From the NCBI RefSeq assembly GCF_006345805.1, contig NC_042997.1:20956001-21020000 (forward strand): 64,000 nucleotides of DNA, written 5' to 3'. The notes below the pieces were generated by a model. The model saw only the letters and a program-made list of their open reading frames with translations, was not told where the DNA came from and did no database searches. Shown here in pieces: positions 25,266-38,129 of the stretch. How positions within the stretch are numbered: the stretch's first letter is position 1; the number at the start of each line of letters is the position of its first letter. The position numbers and the translations under genes are program-made. The DNA comes from Octopus sinensis (taxonomy: Eukaryota).

Positions 25266-25804
25266 TATTCTATATTTTCTTAAATAAGGACTCGATGTTT
25301 TGCTTTGTTTGAAGTGTAAATTTAATCTTTGAGAAATTAAGCTTAAAAGGTCAAACAAATATACTTGATAAATAAGTACATTTAGTTACCTTTTTGAAAG
25401 TAGAAAAGGCTTTCATAGTATTATATCCTTTAAATGTTACATATTCATTAACTATATTTTTCTAATCAATTCTGTTAGTGTAGCATTCTAAGTGAATGGC
25501 AGAAATTTAGAAATAATAATGAAATATTATCATACCATTATTAATGATAATGAAATAATGAAATCAAGAGGATATAAGGTTATTCAAATAAGTTTTGATG
25601 CTACTGTAATAAGTATCCACAATGACTTAACCGTTCATTTCATGCAGACAGCATCTCTGATGTATATAAAATCTCAGTTTTATATATATTCATATATCAT
25701 CGTTGTCGTCGTCATCATCATCATCATCATCGTCATTGTCGTTTAGTGTCTGTTTTCCATGCTGGCAATGGCTGGGTGTTTTGACAGGAGGAGGTAGTGC
25801 TACC

Positions 25805-26281
25805 CTGGGTCAAGAGGGTAGCTGCTGGAAGACCCTATGTCTGGCAACAGGACTCTGCATCCTGCCATGCAAGCAGGAGAACCCAGTCATGGCTGTCACA
25901 CAATTTCTGCAACCACATTACACCTAACATCTAGCCACCTAACTCCTCAGACTGCAATCCCCTTGATTATTATGTGTGGGGTGCAGTTGAGCAAGAGACC
26001 AACAAGACTCCTTGTAACACCAAAGATGAACTGAAGGCAAGGATTATGGCAGCATTCATCAACTTAAACAAGGAGACTGTCCAGAAGAGTTGCAGAAGAT
26101 TCTGAAGTCGTCTGGAGGCTGTTGTTGAAGCCAATAGCAATTTTATTAAATAGATTAACTCTTTAGTATTTCAAGATATTTTTATATAATTTTGGTAACT
26201 ATATCTGTTAAAATGAGATTTCAGTGTTATTTTCATTTTTGTGTAATTTAGACAACAGTTTATTCACTGCACCCTGTATGT
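25805..26281 (+). mobile_element. maT (DD37D) transposon remnant, 3' part with TIR
   Basis: WQQDSASCH...PPNSSDCNPLDYYVWGAVE. There are 37 codons between D (25851-25853) and D (25965-25967). Ends ...TGCACCCTGTA. A short family A fragment precedes it (~25700-25795). Confidence 0.85.
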
Positions 26282-26334
26282 ATGTATGTATGTATGTATG
26301 TATGTATGTATGTATGTATGTATATGTGTGTATG

Positions 26335-26910
26335 AAGTTATGTATTTATTTAAATATGCTAGTAGTGAAGGATGCACTGAAAGAATAGTTGCTACTATTA
26401 GAACTGGTTAGGCTAAGTTCAAAGAGCCCTTTGCTTGTAACAAAGGGCCTCTTCCTTCCTCAGACTGGAAGATAGATTGTATGATGCTTGTGTATAAACA
26501 ACTATGCTATATAATAGTGAAATGTCGGTTGTGACTGCAGAGGATATGTGAAGGCTTGAAAGAAATGAAGTCAGTATGCTTCACTGGATGTGCAATGTCA
26601 GTATGCATGTACAACAAAATGTAATTGTGTTGAGAGAAAAATTGCATGTAAGAAGCATCATATGTAGTGTGCAAGAGAAAATATAAACTGTGGTATGGTC
26701 ATGTGATGTGCATGAAAGGAGACAGCTGCATAAAGAAGCCTCAATCTTTAAATATGGAAGGTACATGTGAAAGAGAAAGACCCAAGAAGATATGAGACAA
26801 AGTGGTGAAAAGTGATTTAAAGAAACTGAGCTCCAAAGAGGAGACAACAAAGAATTAAGACAACTGGCAATTTGCTGTGCTTAAGAAGACATCCTGCTAA
26901 GTAAAATCAT
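26335..26910 (+). mobile_element. RTE LINE 3' coding fragment
   Basis: RLYDACV..MLYNSEMSVVTAEDM*RLERNE motif, with a GR...TKW..VK.DL-like region downstream. Confidence 0.8.
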
Positions 26911-27469
26911 AGCCATAAAGGCATGTTCATTATGTCCAAGCTTTCTCACCACCTTGTATACAATTTGTTCTTGACAAACCTCTCTTCCACATCCTGTGTT
27001 CCCAACTCCTCCACTTCCACCCAACTTTGCTCACCATTCATTGACCTCCCCACCCCTCTATATTCCAATCTCCCCAACTTAATCTCTTCCACACAACATA
27101 TCCTCTAGCCACTCCTCCCATTATACCTGTCTACTCAATACATTTCTTCTGCCCCACCTCCGACTCCTTTTTGTAATCAACCTATCCAGTCCTTGGTCTC
27201 ACTTCACTTATATACACCTCTCTATAATTTGGATGTTCCCTTCCCTGCTCCACCATCAAATCTTCACAGTCTTCTCTCTCTTCTTTCTCTTTTCTCTCTC
27301 TTCATCCTCTCTCCTCTTTCTCTTCTCTTTATCTCTTTTCTTTCTCTCTCACTCTCTCTCTTTTACTAAGGTAGCCATGTATCTCCTTTACTGCCAGAAA
27401 CCCCTATCTATCCATCTACTCATACTCCAACTGCTCATCTGGCTCTAAGCCACCTTCCTCAATACTATT

Positions 27470-27699
27470 TCCCCCACCTCAGCTGAGTGATCATATCTTG
27501 TAAATTATTTGGTGATCTCACTGCTGCTGGTGCAAGATAGAAAGCACCCAGTACACTCTGTAAAGTGGTTGGCATAAGGAAGAGCATCAAGCCATAGAAA
27601 TCATGCCAAAGCAGATAGTAAAGTCTGGTAGAATCTTCTGATTTACTATCTCCTATCAAACTGTACAACCAATGCCAGTATGGAAAATGGCCACCAAAA

Positions 27700-27742
<43 letters not shown>

Positions 27743-27770
27743 CTGATGATGGTGGTGGTGGTGGTGATGG

Positions 27771-27810
<40 letters not shown>

Positions 27811-27875
27811 ATGATGATGATGATGATGATGATGATGAGGAGGAGGAGGAGGAGGAGGAGGAGGAGGAGGAGGAT
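27470..27875 (+). mobile_element. Diverged family A tail with expanded (GAT)n/(GGT)n/(GGA)n tail
   Basis: Partial consensus match followed by a ~175-nt compound triplet repeat. Confidence 0.7.
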
Positions 27876-30076
27876 AGTGGTGACACATGTTCAATGTTTT
27901 ACATCTACTTCTATCACCACTACTTTGCCATGTTTGCTAAAGTATATTTTTTCACTGAGGAGGCCTAAAAATACTTAAACATATTTAGCAATGTAGATTC
28001 ATCCTCACAATTGCTGACTGAATTATATTTGTCTTTCCCTTAGTTTAATTAATTTTATCTTTCCTTTACAGCATAATTATTTCTAAATAAATTTGAAATA
28101 CTTACTGATAAAATTTGTAAACAATTGCTTTTTATGTGAATGACATCTCCAAGTAATTATCTTTGGTAATTTATTCATTAAAACATGTTAATCTTTCTGG
28201 CTTATAGTATTGCACATTATCATACATCTACTTTGTGATCTCTAATAACTACTTCAGCAAGTATGGTGAAATCTATGTCTTGCCAAGGAGGTCAAATAAG
28301 ATGAAAACATATCCAAAGTTATTTCCCATATACAGTAGTAAAATGATTAAAATATATGTAGTCGATGATTAATGTTGTCAATTCTAGTTTCTTTGAAATA
28401 GATATTTTGTGCTTGTTGCGTTAAGTATGAGAACATGAACTTAATAATTTAAAAGTTCTTTATCATGGTAAATCTAGTTGCCTAAGTTTTATGTGTAAGA
28501 ATGAAAACAAGTCTTAAAATAATGGAGTTATGATCAACCAATGCAATAATATCTACACTACTTCTGGGAGTATGCTACAGACTCAGCAAACTTCATTATT
28601 AATTTATTGGCGCACACTTTTATATAATTCCCAAAACTATAACTGTCTTTCCTTCATAAATAACTATTTTGGCCTTATAGCATGACTAACACAATTTCTT
28701 TTATCTGAAGTATTAAAACCAATGATTCTATATGATACAGAAGTAATAAAAGACAGAATGGCCAGGATTTGGTTAATATATTCATCAAAGTTTTGTAAAA
28801 GTTTCTGTAGCAGAAGACACATTCTTAGTGAGAGTTGCAGAATGTTAAAGTATTGCAGATCAAAGATAAAGATTAAGGTTCAGATATAATCATAGTAGAG
28901 TTGTCAAAGAATATTTAATTCAATACAGTAAGTTAAGATGAGCATAGCTAGAAGTTGATCTGGGAACTTCTGAGAAATATACATTGTGCTGTACTGACAG
29001 AAGAGACAAAAGGAAAAAAGAAAAAGAAAAAAAAATGAAATGAATGACAGATTTATAGCAATCATGTGTCTGATCATTTTCAGTTAAACTAACACTAATT
29101 CTAGATAAAATATGTATTTTCACATCAATAACAAATACATTCATCTAGATTTACAGCAGAAGCACTACTTTGACATTTGTTTTATCAGTTAGTAAGAGTT
29201 AGAGGTGCCAGCTTGTCTCTTGTAATTGCTTTCACTTCTGTTTTTAGTTTGTTTTTTTAATCTTCCTGCTTGTCTACCTACAAGTTTACATAAAAGAACT
29301 GAATTATTTATACATATGGATGCAGAACATATTTCAAATCCACAAATAGAATGTAGTCAACATAATCAAACAATAATGTATACATACACTCAATAGTAAT
29401 ACAATAAGATTAACATGATCATTGGAAGGGATTGTATGATCTCATAATGCTATATTTCTGTGCATCAGTCAATAAACTGTTGTTACTATGGATACGGATG
29501 AGGTAAACTGGTATGATGAAAATTGTGATACGCAATAAAAAATCAGTATAAGAAGAAATGACTCAAACCCCAACATTTCTGTGTTTATGTAGGAATATGA
29601 TATCGTAGTTGAAAACATCTGTTTTATTGCATTGATATATGTTTTTATTTATTATCGGATGAAATATTCCTGAAATTTTCTAGAATTTTTACATACTGTT
29701 TTAAAGTTTATTTGATTTTCAATTTTTATTATTGGTAGAAAACAGGATCATTTATTAAAGTCTCTGAAGATCACTTTATTCATGTCACCTCTTAAATTGT
29801 TTCAAAACATAGAATATCTGCAAAAGCTTCAACTTTTATATGTTGTTGTGAACTTTATACACATAACAAATAGCATCAATCTTTCTCTACCTCTCTCATG
29901 TGTGATGCTGAATTTGCAAATATAGCAATCAGCACCATCACTACCCACTAGATGTTTGCATTGTATATGGATACAAAATATTTGTTTAGCTTTCCATAAG
30001 TTACTGAAAATATTTAATAATGTTTTGAGTTAATGGAATACAAATGTTCTGTCTATAAGAATCTAATACCTTCAAA

Positions 30077-30185
30077 TACACACACACACACACACACACG
30101 CACACACGCACACACACACACACACATACACACAAACACACACACACAATCACACACACTAACACACACAATCACACTCACACAT
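30077..30185. repeat. (CA)n-rich microsatellite
   Basis: Directly visible. Confidence 0.95.
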
Positions 30186-30289
30186 GTATATGGCATGAGA
30201 GGCATTTGAGGAAATATTGGGTAATTTAATAAAACAACTCTAACCTACCAAAAACCAAATTTATTTACAAAAAGATTTCTGCACATATT

Positions 30290-30705
30290 TCTCAATAAGC
30301 TTCCATATATGATTATTATATGAAACTGCCTACAGCTTCTATGACTCCTGCAATACAAGACTGGAATTTTGACATGGTTCTTATTCATCTCACACATCCT
30401 CTGGACAAAAGTGGTTTTCAGCATCCAATATTCTGAGGATGATGATTAGTCTCACTTTCAAACGCACTCCAAACATGGTGACTTTGGAGAACACTAAACA
30501 TGGTTAGTTTGGAGGCTACATGTTTGGTATTACATGATTGTAACAATTGCTCGACATCCATTCTTGGGTTATGCAAGCTCTGTGAGAAGATGCTGAAACT
30601 AGTTGAAATATGTATGGCCTACCACTGTGTACTTCATAACTACTGCCTCATGAACATCAGCATAACCATCAAAGTTTTAGATTAGGTACCCCATGTACCT
30701 GCATG
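30290..30705 (-). mobile_element. Second maT-like transposase remnant
   Basis: Translates to GRPYIFQ...TQEWMSSNCYNHVIPNM*PPN...VWSAFESETNHHPQN, homologous to 25805-26281. Confidence 0.65.
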
Positions 30706-30917
30706 TTGTAATAGATGAGTAAAAGGGTAGCAACAGGAAAATATCTGGCTACAAAATATGTTGTCTCAAAAAACTCATCTGAGCCAATTCAGCACAGAAA
30801 GTTGATGATAAAACAATGAAAATGATGCTGATGATGATGATGAAGATGATGATGAAAGGTACACATGTGCATCCATGTACAAGCTCAAACACACACACAC
30901 ACATACACACACACACA

Positions 30918-30957
<40 letters not shown>

Positions 30958-31049
30958 TACATACACACACATGTATACACACACACTGACTGATTATCAT
31001 GAATATACCTTATTTAAAACTGTTTTTTAAAAAAATTATATATATTCTA

Positions 31050-31220
31050 CTACACTCATGGAGTGGTTGGCGTTAGGAAGGGCATCCAGCTGTAGAAACA
31101 CTGCCAGATCAGACTGGGCCTGGTGCAGCCTTCTGGCTTCCCAGACCCCAGTTGAACCGTCCAACCCATGCCAGCATGGAAAGTGGACGTTAAACGATGA
31201 TGATGATGATGATGATGATT
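31050..31220 (+). mobile_element. Family A RTE 3'UTR tail
   Basis: Well-preserved consensus with (GAT)n tail. Confidence 0.9.
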
Positions 31221-32384
31221 CTGTTATGATATGCTGAAGGAAAATACTCAAAGCATCACTTCATTCAGTTTAAAAGTTGAAGAACAAAATATATTTTATT
31301 CACCAATGAATCCCTAAATAAGCCCGTTGTTATCATCATGTGACAACTATTCTGCTATTGTTATATATATTCTACTAATCCACTAAGAATTAGGAAAATA
31401 ACAGAAACTGGATACTTTCAATGGAATCTAGGTATAAAAATAGTATAGGGAAGAATTTAGCTAGAAACATTAATTCTTATAATATTTATCATTTCTATTA
31501 CTATTTTTGTATGTGTATGTGTGTATTTAAATCTTCTGTTACTTTGAAACTACTTAGAGAATTACGAGGAATAAGATGTAAAAAGCTGCATAAATAGAAA
31601 TGGAAGTTGCAGACCTATTTTCATTTGTTATCTTTGGAATAAAATATGGTAATAAGATTCCTTAGAATTGTATTTTCCTTGAAGTACTCTACAAATAGAC
31701 TAACTTGAAAACAAAGTAGTTTAAGACTTATTCTAGAATCAATGCTCAATTATAAGATTTTATTTGTATTTTTCGATTATTGATTGGTTGAATGGAACCT
31801 CTAAATCTATATCCCAAAAGATTTTCTTCTGGTTAATATTATTTTGAGGTTTCCTAGAAATTGTTATTCTCTTTAAGTTATCCTAGTAGATTTCTTTGAA
31901 AGGTTTGCAACCTGAAATTCTTCTGTCATCTCACTACACACTACAAACATTTCGATTTGAAGTAACAAATTTTATGTAGTCAAAAGATAGCTGATCTATG
32001 ATACATAGTAGGAATGAAATATTTGCATAGATGCTAATTTTTTTTTTACCACATGCATAAACTTACGTTAGCATGAATGTACAATTGCAAATAGACAAAA
32101 ACACCCACCTATGAAAATTGTCACATATGACCTTACACACATGAAATAGATTGATTGATCATTTGTTGATACAGTTTTAAATTTTGGATTTTTAAGCTTT
32201 ATACAATTTATTTATATATTTATTTATTTATCTATTTATTTATTTGTTTGTCAAATTAATTTCAAATTCATTTTCTGTAAATAATTAAATAGAATCTATA
32301 ACAAGTAGAGAAATCTATCCAGAAATATATATCATTCTGCTAAATCTATTAAAAGGTTAAGTTCAGTGTATCAATCAATCATTC

Positions 32385-33245
32385 ATCATCATCATTATCA
32401 TTATTGTTTAATGTCTACTTTCCATGCTGGCACGGGTTGGACTGTTTGACTGAGGATTGGCAAACTGGAGGCTGCACCAGGTTCCAATCTGTTCTGGCAA
32501 GGTTTCTACAGCTGGATGCCCTTTCTAACACCAACCACTCAGAGAGTGCAGTCAGTGCTTTTTACATGCCACTGGCATGGAAGCCAGTTAGGTGGCCCTG
32601 GTATCGACCACACTCGAATGGTGCTTTTTACATGCCACCAGTAGGTCTACCAGTCAGGTAGCACTGGCATCAGTCACACTTGAATGGTGCTTTTTTTGTG
32701 CCACCACTACAGGAGCCGGTCAGGGGGCACTGGTATCAAGCATACCCAAACGGTGCTTTTTATGTGCCACTGGCATGGGTGCAAGTCAGGTGGCACTGGC
32801 ATCAGCCATGACTATGATTTCACTTTGCTCAACAGGTCTTCCCAAGCACAGTATATTGCTCAACAACTGAAGGGGTACCTTTAAACGGGCCAGTTATGTG
32901 ACATGTCATCGACCATTGCTACAATCTCACTTGGATTTCTGGGTCTTCTCAAACACAGCATATCTCCAAAGGTTTCAGTCACTTGTCATTGCCTCTGTGA
33001 GGCCCAACGTTCAAAAGGCATGCTTTGCCACCTCATCCTATGTCTTCCTGGGTCTACCTCTTCCACAGGTTCCTTCTACAGTTAGGGAGTGGCACTTCCT
33101 CACGCAGTTGTCCTCATCCATATGCAACACATGACCATACAAGCGCAGTCGTCTCTCTTGCATACCACATCTGATGATTCTTATGTCCAACTTTTCTCTC
33201 GGGTGCTTACATTCTGTTGTATATGCACACTGATATTACACACCC
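32385..33245 (-). mobile_element. RTE LINE 3' end with long 3'UTR (source of family A)
   Basis: Minus strand reads RRLRLYGHVLHMDEDNCVRKCHSLTVEGTCGRGRPRKT*DEVAKHAF*TLGLTEAMTSD. A 3'UTR with ~60-70-nt tandem subrepeats and an (ATG)n tail follows. Confidence 0.9.
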
Positions 33246-33605
33246 AGCAAAGCAAACTAGCATAATTTCTTTTAAGCCTACACATGTTCTCAACAGTCAC
33301 AGCTAATTTATATTGGGTGAGGGTGGGAGAAGTAATATCCTCATGTTGGCCAAAGAGAGAGAGGGAGAGTGGTGAAATTTTCCAGAATTAGGGCTGGTCA
33401 AGGAAACAATGGGTCATTTGAGTAAGATAGTAGGTAACAAAACAAAACATGAAGAAGTGGAATTTTTGATGTTTAAAATTCTATAACTAAGAACACAGTT
33501 TAGAACAGTGTCTTTAGTTATATTTTATTTATTTATTTTTACTTGTTGGCTTAGAAGGAAGGTGCTTTGATAGGCTCATCGAGATTAGAGAGATTGCTGC
33601 TATTA

Positions 33606-33717
33606 ATAAAGTAGTTGTATACTGTCAACTTAACGTGACAGTCCCATGAAGGGAATCATATTAGTGCTTCCCTTCATAGGACTGTCACATTAAGTTAACA
33701 GTATACAACTACTTTAT
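33606..33717. repeat. 112-bp palindromic element (MITE-like hairpin)
   Basis: 50-bp arms (33606-33655 / 33668-33717) with 3 transition mismatches and a 12-nt loop. Confidence 0.9.
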
Positions 33718-35490
33718 CATACCACTACTGCATAAATCTCTCTGATTTATTTAGAAATCTATTATTTCTATTATTGATACTATTAATGTTCTGCTTGAAT
33801 GTCAACACCTGCAGAAAATATGCAAGCAAGGAGGAGATCCCAGAGGGATAACATTCTGGGAAGGAAGGATTGAGTATAGTGGGTAATACAAGGATTAAAG
33901 GGATGGAAATAATAAGGTGTTAGGGAGAGCTGAGTGGATCAGGAATGCCTGAACAGAGGTGGGTGGGCATTAAGGCCATAGCAAGAACTATGGAGTAAAG
34001 GCAATTATAATTGAAGGAGGAAAAGTAGAGAGAGGAAACGGTATACTTGTGGGCTAGAAACTGGAGCCTCAATTGAAGCATCATGTGGTATGATGCTGAT
34101 CAATTGTGTGTCTCTTTAATGAATGCAGTCTAGAATGCATGTGTGCCACAGTACTAGCATTCCAGATGCATTGTGGGGCTCATCTGAGCTTTGTAGAATT
34201 TTGATAAATGGTTGAAGCTAAAGCATATTCTGGTCCTGAGGAAATTGCCAATCAATGTGATGCAATCCTAAACTCTCTGGATAAACAGCATCATGAATAT
34301 ATTTTACTTGATATATCTATGTCACGTACGGAAACCACCCATTTACTATATAATTTGCAAAAATTTATATTGTACACTTACCAATCAATATGTGCTTTCA
34401 GCAATATTCTTCAGAATCTTTATAGTTCAACAGTCAAAAACCTTTCACTTTCATTCTATTATTGGTTTCATTGTAGAAAAGCCATGTACACTTTACTCCC
34501 ACATTTTTTTCCTTTTGTTTGTTTATTTGCATTTTTTTTCGGCAGTGATTGCCCTTCTATCCTACTATTTGATCCTCCTTGTCCATAAATTTACTGTGTC
34601 AGCTACAACTTATTCAGCGTATAATATACAAGTAATTATTATTGTTGTGCTGATTTCACTTGTTGACTCTCAAAAGTAAAAACTAGCAAATGAAAGACAG
34701 GAACAAACCTTATTACAGGTAAAATAATAAAATATTCAACAATTTTCCTTATACAGCTAATTTTATTCCATATATTAGATCTAAATACAGAACACCCTTG
34801 TTGAAATGTACTGCATTCAGTCATGTAGCAGACAAATTGGACAAAATTCCAGTTAACATTCTGTTGTTCAGATCTCTGTCAAATGTAATGCGGATTTATT
34901 TACAGTGCTTCGAATTAATCATATATTATCTCGTAGCTGTGAGATTTTAATGATGTGATTGTTTATTTTTTTGAATGACATCATGGGGTAAATCTGAAAG
35001 GCTGGATCTGACTAGTTTGATCATAAAACAGGTAGAATATTTGGGCCTGATATGACTGGTTTAAATGTTAAAGGGTTAAGAGAGTAGCTTATAGTGTTAA
35101 CATTCATACCATCTTTGAGTATCAGTATTGTACTGCCAAGCAATTTTGTTGAAATTTCAGTGATAATCCTTTTTGCTTTTCAATTATTTCCCTTATTGGA
35201 CTGAGGTCATGCAAAAATGTTACCTTAAAGAGTTTAGTCAGACAAATCCTTATAAGTTCTTACTTTTTAAGTTTGGTATGTTTGCTATTAACATCTCAAT
35301 ACCAAATGGCTATGTTACAGGGAGAAATGTTGACACAAAGACACACACACATATATATATATAGTAAATCCCCAAAAAGAACAACAAACACAAGAAAAAC
35401 AACAACGCAAGGACATGGTACATGTAAAGCATTAGCAGACCCTACCAGAGATATACCAGGAGTGTGAATATAGCCACATCCCATGTTTGT

Positions 35491-35730
35491 AAATATATCA
35501 AATCAGCCAGTACTTCTCTCAAACGTTGTTTCTGCAACCAGCAGTCATCCTTCAAAGTCTCAGAAAGACAGTTTGTCACGTCCCTGACCCACCATTTGTG
35601 GCACTTCAAGGATTAAGGGACTCCATTTAATATCAGGTGGAAAATAGTAGATCATCCAGGCCCATACATTAGTGGGAGTGGCCATTGCAAAATCTGAATC
35701 ATGGAGAGAACCAAAATTCATAAGGACTTT
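35491..35730 (+). mobile_element. Penelope-like element GIY-YIG endonuclease remnant
   Basis: Translates to KYIKSASTSLKRCFCNQQSSFKVSERQFVTSLTHHLWHFKD*GTPFNIRWKIVDHPGPYISGSGHCKI*IMER. This matches the PLE EN pattern YIG...R...H..SF...LS.HIW.LK...W.I....PY......C..C..E. An inverted pLTR-like fragment lies upstream at ~35362-35412. Confidence 0.7.
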
Positions 35731-35759
35731 ATTAAACCTGGTACGTTAAGTGCTTCTCC

Positions 35760-36650
35760 CTCAGAATAAAAGGCAGACTGTATGCTGCCTGTGTGCAAAC
35801 AGCCATACTCCACAGCAGTAAAATGTGAGCTGTGAATACTAAGGACATGCAAAGGCTTGAAAGAAATGAAGCTAGTATGCTTCACTAGATGTACAATGTC
35901 AGTGTGCATGTGCAACAGAGCGTAAATGTCTTGAGAGAAAAACTAGGCATAAGAGGCATCAGATGTGGTGTGCAAGAGAGATGAATGTATTAGTATGGTC
36001 ATGTGATGCATATGGACGAGGACTGCCGTGTGAAGAAGTGCCAATCTCTAAGTGTAGAGGGAACCTGTGGAAGAGGTAGATCCAGGAAGACATGAGGTAG
36101 TGAGGCATGATCTTCAAATATTGGGCCTCACAGATGCCATGACTAGTAACTAGGACTTTTGATGATATGCTGCACATGAGAAGACTCGTCAAGCCAAGTA
36201 AAATTATAGTCATGGCCATTGCTGGTGTCATTTAAATGGCACCCATAAAATCATAATCATGGCTGTTGCCAGTAGTATGATCTTCAAATGTTCAGCTTCA
36301 TGGAGGCAAGAGATGAGGTAGTGAAGCATGATCTTTGAATGTTGGGCCTCACAGAAGCAATGACAAGGGACTGAGACCTTTGGCAATATGTTGGGCTTGA
36401 GAAGACCCCTGAATGAAGCCAAGTGAAACTTTAGTCATGACCTTAGCCATGTCATGTAAATGGCACGCATGAAATTGTAGTTGTGGTCATTGATGGTGTC
36501 ATGTCAATGGCATGTAAAAAGCAGAGGTATAGAAACCATACCAAATCAGACTGGAACCTGGTGCAGCTCTCCACCTTACCAGTTCCAGTTAAACCATCTA
36601 ATCCATGCCAGCATGGAAAGTGGATGTCAAATGATGATGATGATGAAAAT
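35760..36650 (+). mobile_element. RTE LINE 3' end with partly duplicated terminus and family A UTR
   Basis: RLYAACVQTAIL..., EDCRVKKCQSLSVEGTCGRGRSRKT. The 3' segment is repeated at ~36280-36450 and ends in a (GAT)n tail. Confidence 0.85.
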
Positions 36651-36697
36651 GATGATTTATACACACATACATATATATATACATATATATATATATA

Positions 36698-36815
36698 TGA
36701 CGAAGAGGTCCGCTCAAAACGTAAAACCCTCCTTCTTCCCTTCGTTCCTGAGCATCCAATAATACTATATTTGTTCCACGTCCTCGCGTTGTTGTGTTTT
36801 CATGTTTGGATTAAC
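36698..36815 (+). mobile_element. Truncated pLTR-like element (same family as 13440-13688) embedded in (TA)n
   Basis: TGACGA-A-GAG-GTCC-GCTC-AAAAC-GTA-AAAC followed by the same downstream sequence as 13590-13688. Confidence 0.7.
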
Positions 36816-36846
<31 letters not shown>

Positions 36847-36867
36847 GTATATGTATATATGTATGTA

Positions 36868-36899
<32 letters not shown>

Positions 36900-36901
36900 G
36901 A

Positions 36902-36965
<64 letters not shown>

Positions 36966-36990
36966 GATAGATAGATAGCTAGATAGATAT
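36816..36990. repeat. Compound (TA)/(TATG)/(GA)/(GATA) microsatellite
   Basis: Directly visible. Confidence 0.95.
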
Positions 36991-37611
36991 ACAGAGAAAT
37001 ATACATGCATATGCGATCATATATATTTATTTAGGCATACACACACATGCAAACATACACATATAAACACACACATAAACGTGTGTCTGAGTGCACATGT
37101 GCCCACATGTGTGTGTGTGTGTGAACGTATTTGTATAAGTTGAAAACTTTGAGCAAGCCTTTTTATGAATAAATATATGCTTCATGCACAAACAGTTTAT
37201 CTTTCTGTAATATTTTCAATCATCTTGAATGAGATGGAAAATATTTATTGTATTTATTACATTCTACCAACTCTTCTGCTATAATATGCAAACAGAATTC
37301 TTAAACTATGTTCTACATTTTAAAATCGGTTTTATTAAGCGTCAATTTTGAAACTGTGTACAATTGTCTCATCACCTCTGCAAGAACACAATGAATTATA
37401 AAAGCAGCCTACACTTCTAAATGTTAACATGACACCAAAATATTTAAGTGTCAAATATTCCACAAACCAAAACGTCCATGTTTCTATCAATTCATCGTTT
37501 TTTTTAGTAGTTTTATTTTTATTATGTGCCTTTCACAGGAAAACTGAAAGCTAAGAGCTGTTGAATTTTTTTTGCTTTTTTAATTTCTTTTATTTTTCAA
37601 TCTTGTTGCAG

Positions 37612-37656
37612 GTACTCACTGTTGGACATGTGCAGTACTTAACAGTGATATTTTCT
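37612..37656 (+). CDS. Candidate 45-nt exon (phase 1: GTHCWTCAVLNSDIF)
   Basis: Long polypyrimidine tract ending tcttgttgcag, and donor gtatgc. No homology recognised. Confidence 0.25.
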
Positions 37657-37699
37657 GTATGCTGAGCATGCATAAGTCATGGGGCTTTTTGGTTATGTA

Positions 37700-38118
37700 T
37701 TTCTTTCTTTCTTTCTTTCTTTTTTTTTACTTGTTTCAGTCATTTGACTGCAGCCATGCTGGAGCACCGCCTTTAGTCGAGCAAATTGACCCCGGGACTT
37801 ATTCTTTGTAAGCCCAGTACTTATTCTATCGGTCTCTTTTGCTGAACCGCTAAGTGACGGGAACGTAAACACACCAGCGTCGGTTGTCAAGCAATGCTAG
37901 GGGGACAAACACAGACACACAAACATACACACACATATATATATATATACATATATACGACAGGCTTCTTTCAGTTTCCATCTACCAAATCCACTCACAA
38001 GGCATTGGTCGGCCCAGGGCTATAGCAGAAGACACTTGCCCAAGATGCCATGCAGTGGGACTGAACCCGGAACCATGTGGTTGGTAAGCAAGCTACTTAT
38101 CACACATCCACTCCTGCA
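37700..38118 (-). mobile_element. Full-length family B tRNA-SINE
   Basis: tRNA-like head (A-box TGGATGTGTGA, B-box GGTTCAGTCC), internal (TA)/(TG) tract and (AAAG)n tail. Confidence 0.92.
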
Positions 38119-38129
38119 CCTTTTTGTCT

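Noticed and set aside
27646-27894. Poly-His/Ile/Ser/Pro ORFs here and similar ORFs at 43746-44063, 30749-31000, 36765-37010 and 50967-51635
   Set aside because: They are translations of microsatellites, with no evidence of coding function.
34208-34679. Two overlapping ~127-aa plus-strand ORFs
   Set aside because: No recognisable motif, low-complexity Phe/Leu/Ile-rich tails, and no consistent splice sites in frame.
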